From Somniosus microcephalus (taxonomy: Eukaryota), in assembly GCA_052327205.1 (NCBI GenBank), contig CM126217.1, positions 17,484,001 to 17,548,000 of the forward strand: a stretch of DNA of 64,000 nt, read 5' to 3'. The notes beneath the pieces are model-generated. The model was not told the DNA's origin and ran no database searches. It worked only from the letters and a program-made list of their open reading frames with translations. Position numbers and translations under genes: made by a program. Below, piece by piece: positions 63,961 to 64,000 of the stretch (within the stretch, counting starts at the first letter, position 1; each line of letters begins with the position of its first letter).

Positions 63961-64000
63961 ATCTCATAGAGTCATAGGCCTAGAAATTGGGTTGGGGCGC

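Noticed and set aside
48850-64000. Final KIAA1549 coding exons
   Set aside because: No splice-flanked segment resembling the expected C-terminal motifs was recognised; they are presumably beyond the window, though a diverged exon could have been missed.

Overview
Vertebrate genomic DNA, most likely from a cartilaginous fish (shark), judged from HE1/V-SINE-, SacSINE1/DeuSINE- and CR1-type repeats. The whole window lies inside one plus-strand gene, KIAA1549 (UPF0606 family single-pass membrane protein). Ten internal coding exons (2557-48849, 1765 nt) splice GT-AG into one open frame, and the gene's 5' and 3' ends lie outside the window. The introns are packed with CR1, L2 and Rex1 LINE fragments, SINEs, Penelope-like ends with hammerhead-type cores, Tc1/pogo-, hAT- and Harbinger-type MITEs, a non-autonomous Helitron carrying a CpG-rich promoter-like cassette, and several minisatellites. 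All long ORFs in the ORF track come from tandem repeats or LINEs. The most notable feature is a decayed, multiply interrupted endogenous LTR retroelement on the minus strand (53913-59980). After the nested insertions are removed it shows an integrase with an internal inversion, a 3' LTR, and an envelope gene whose fusion peptide lies about 380 codons from the transmembrane helix. That spacing resembles a paramyxo/pneumovirus-type F protein rather than a classical retroviral TM and suggests a lokiretrovirus-like element.
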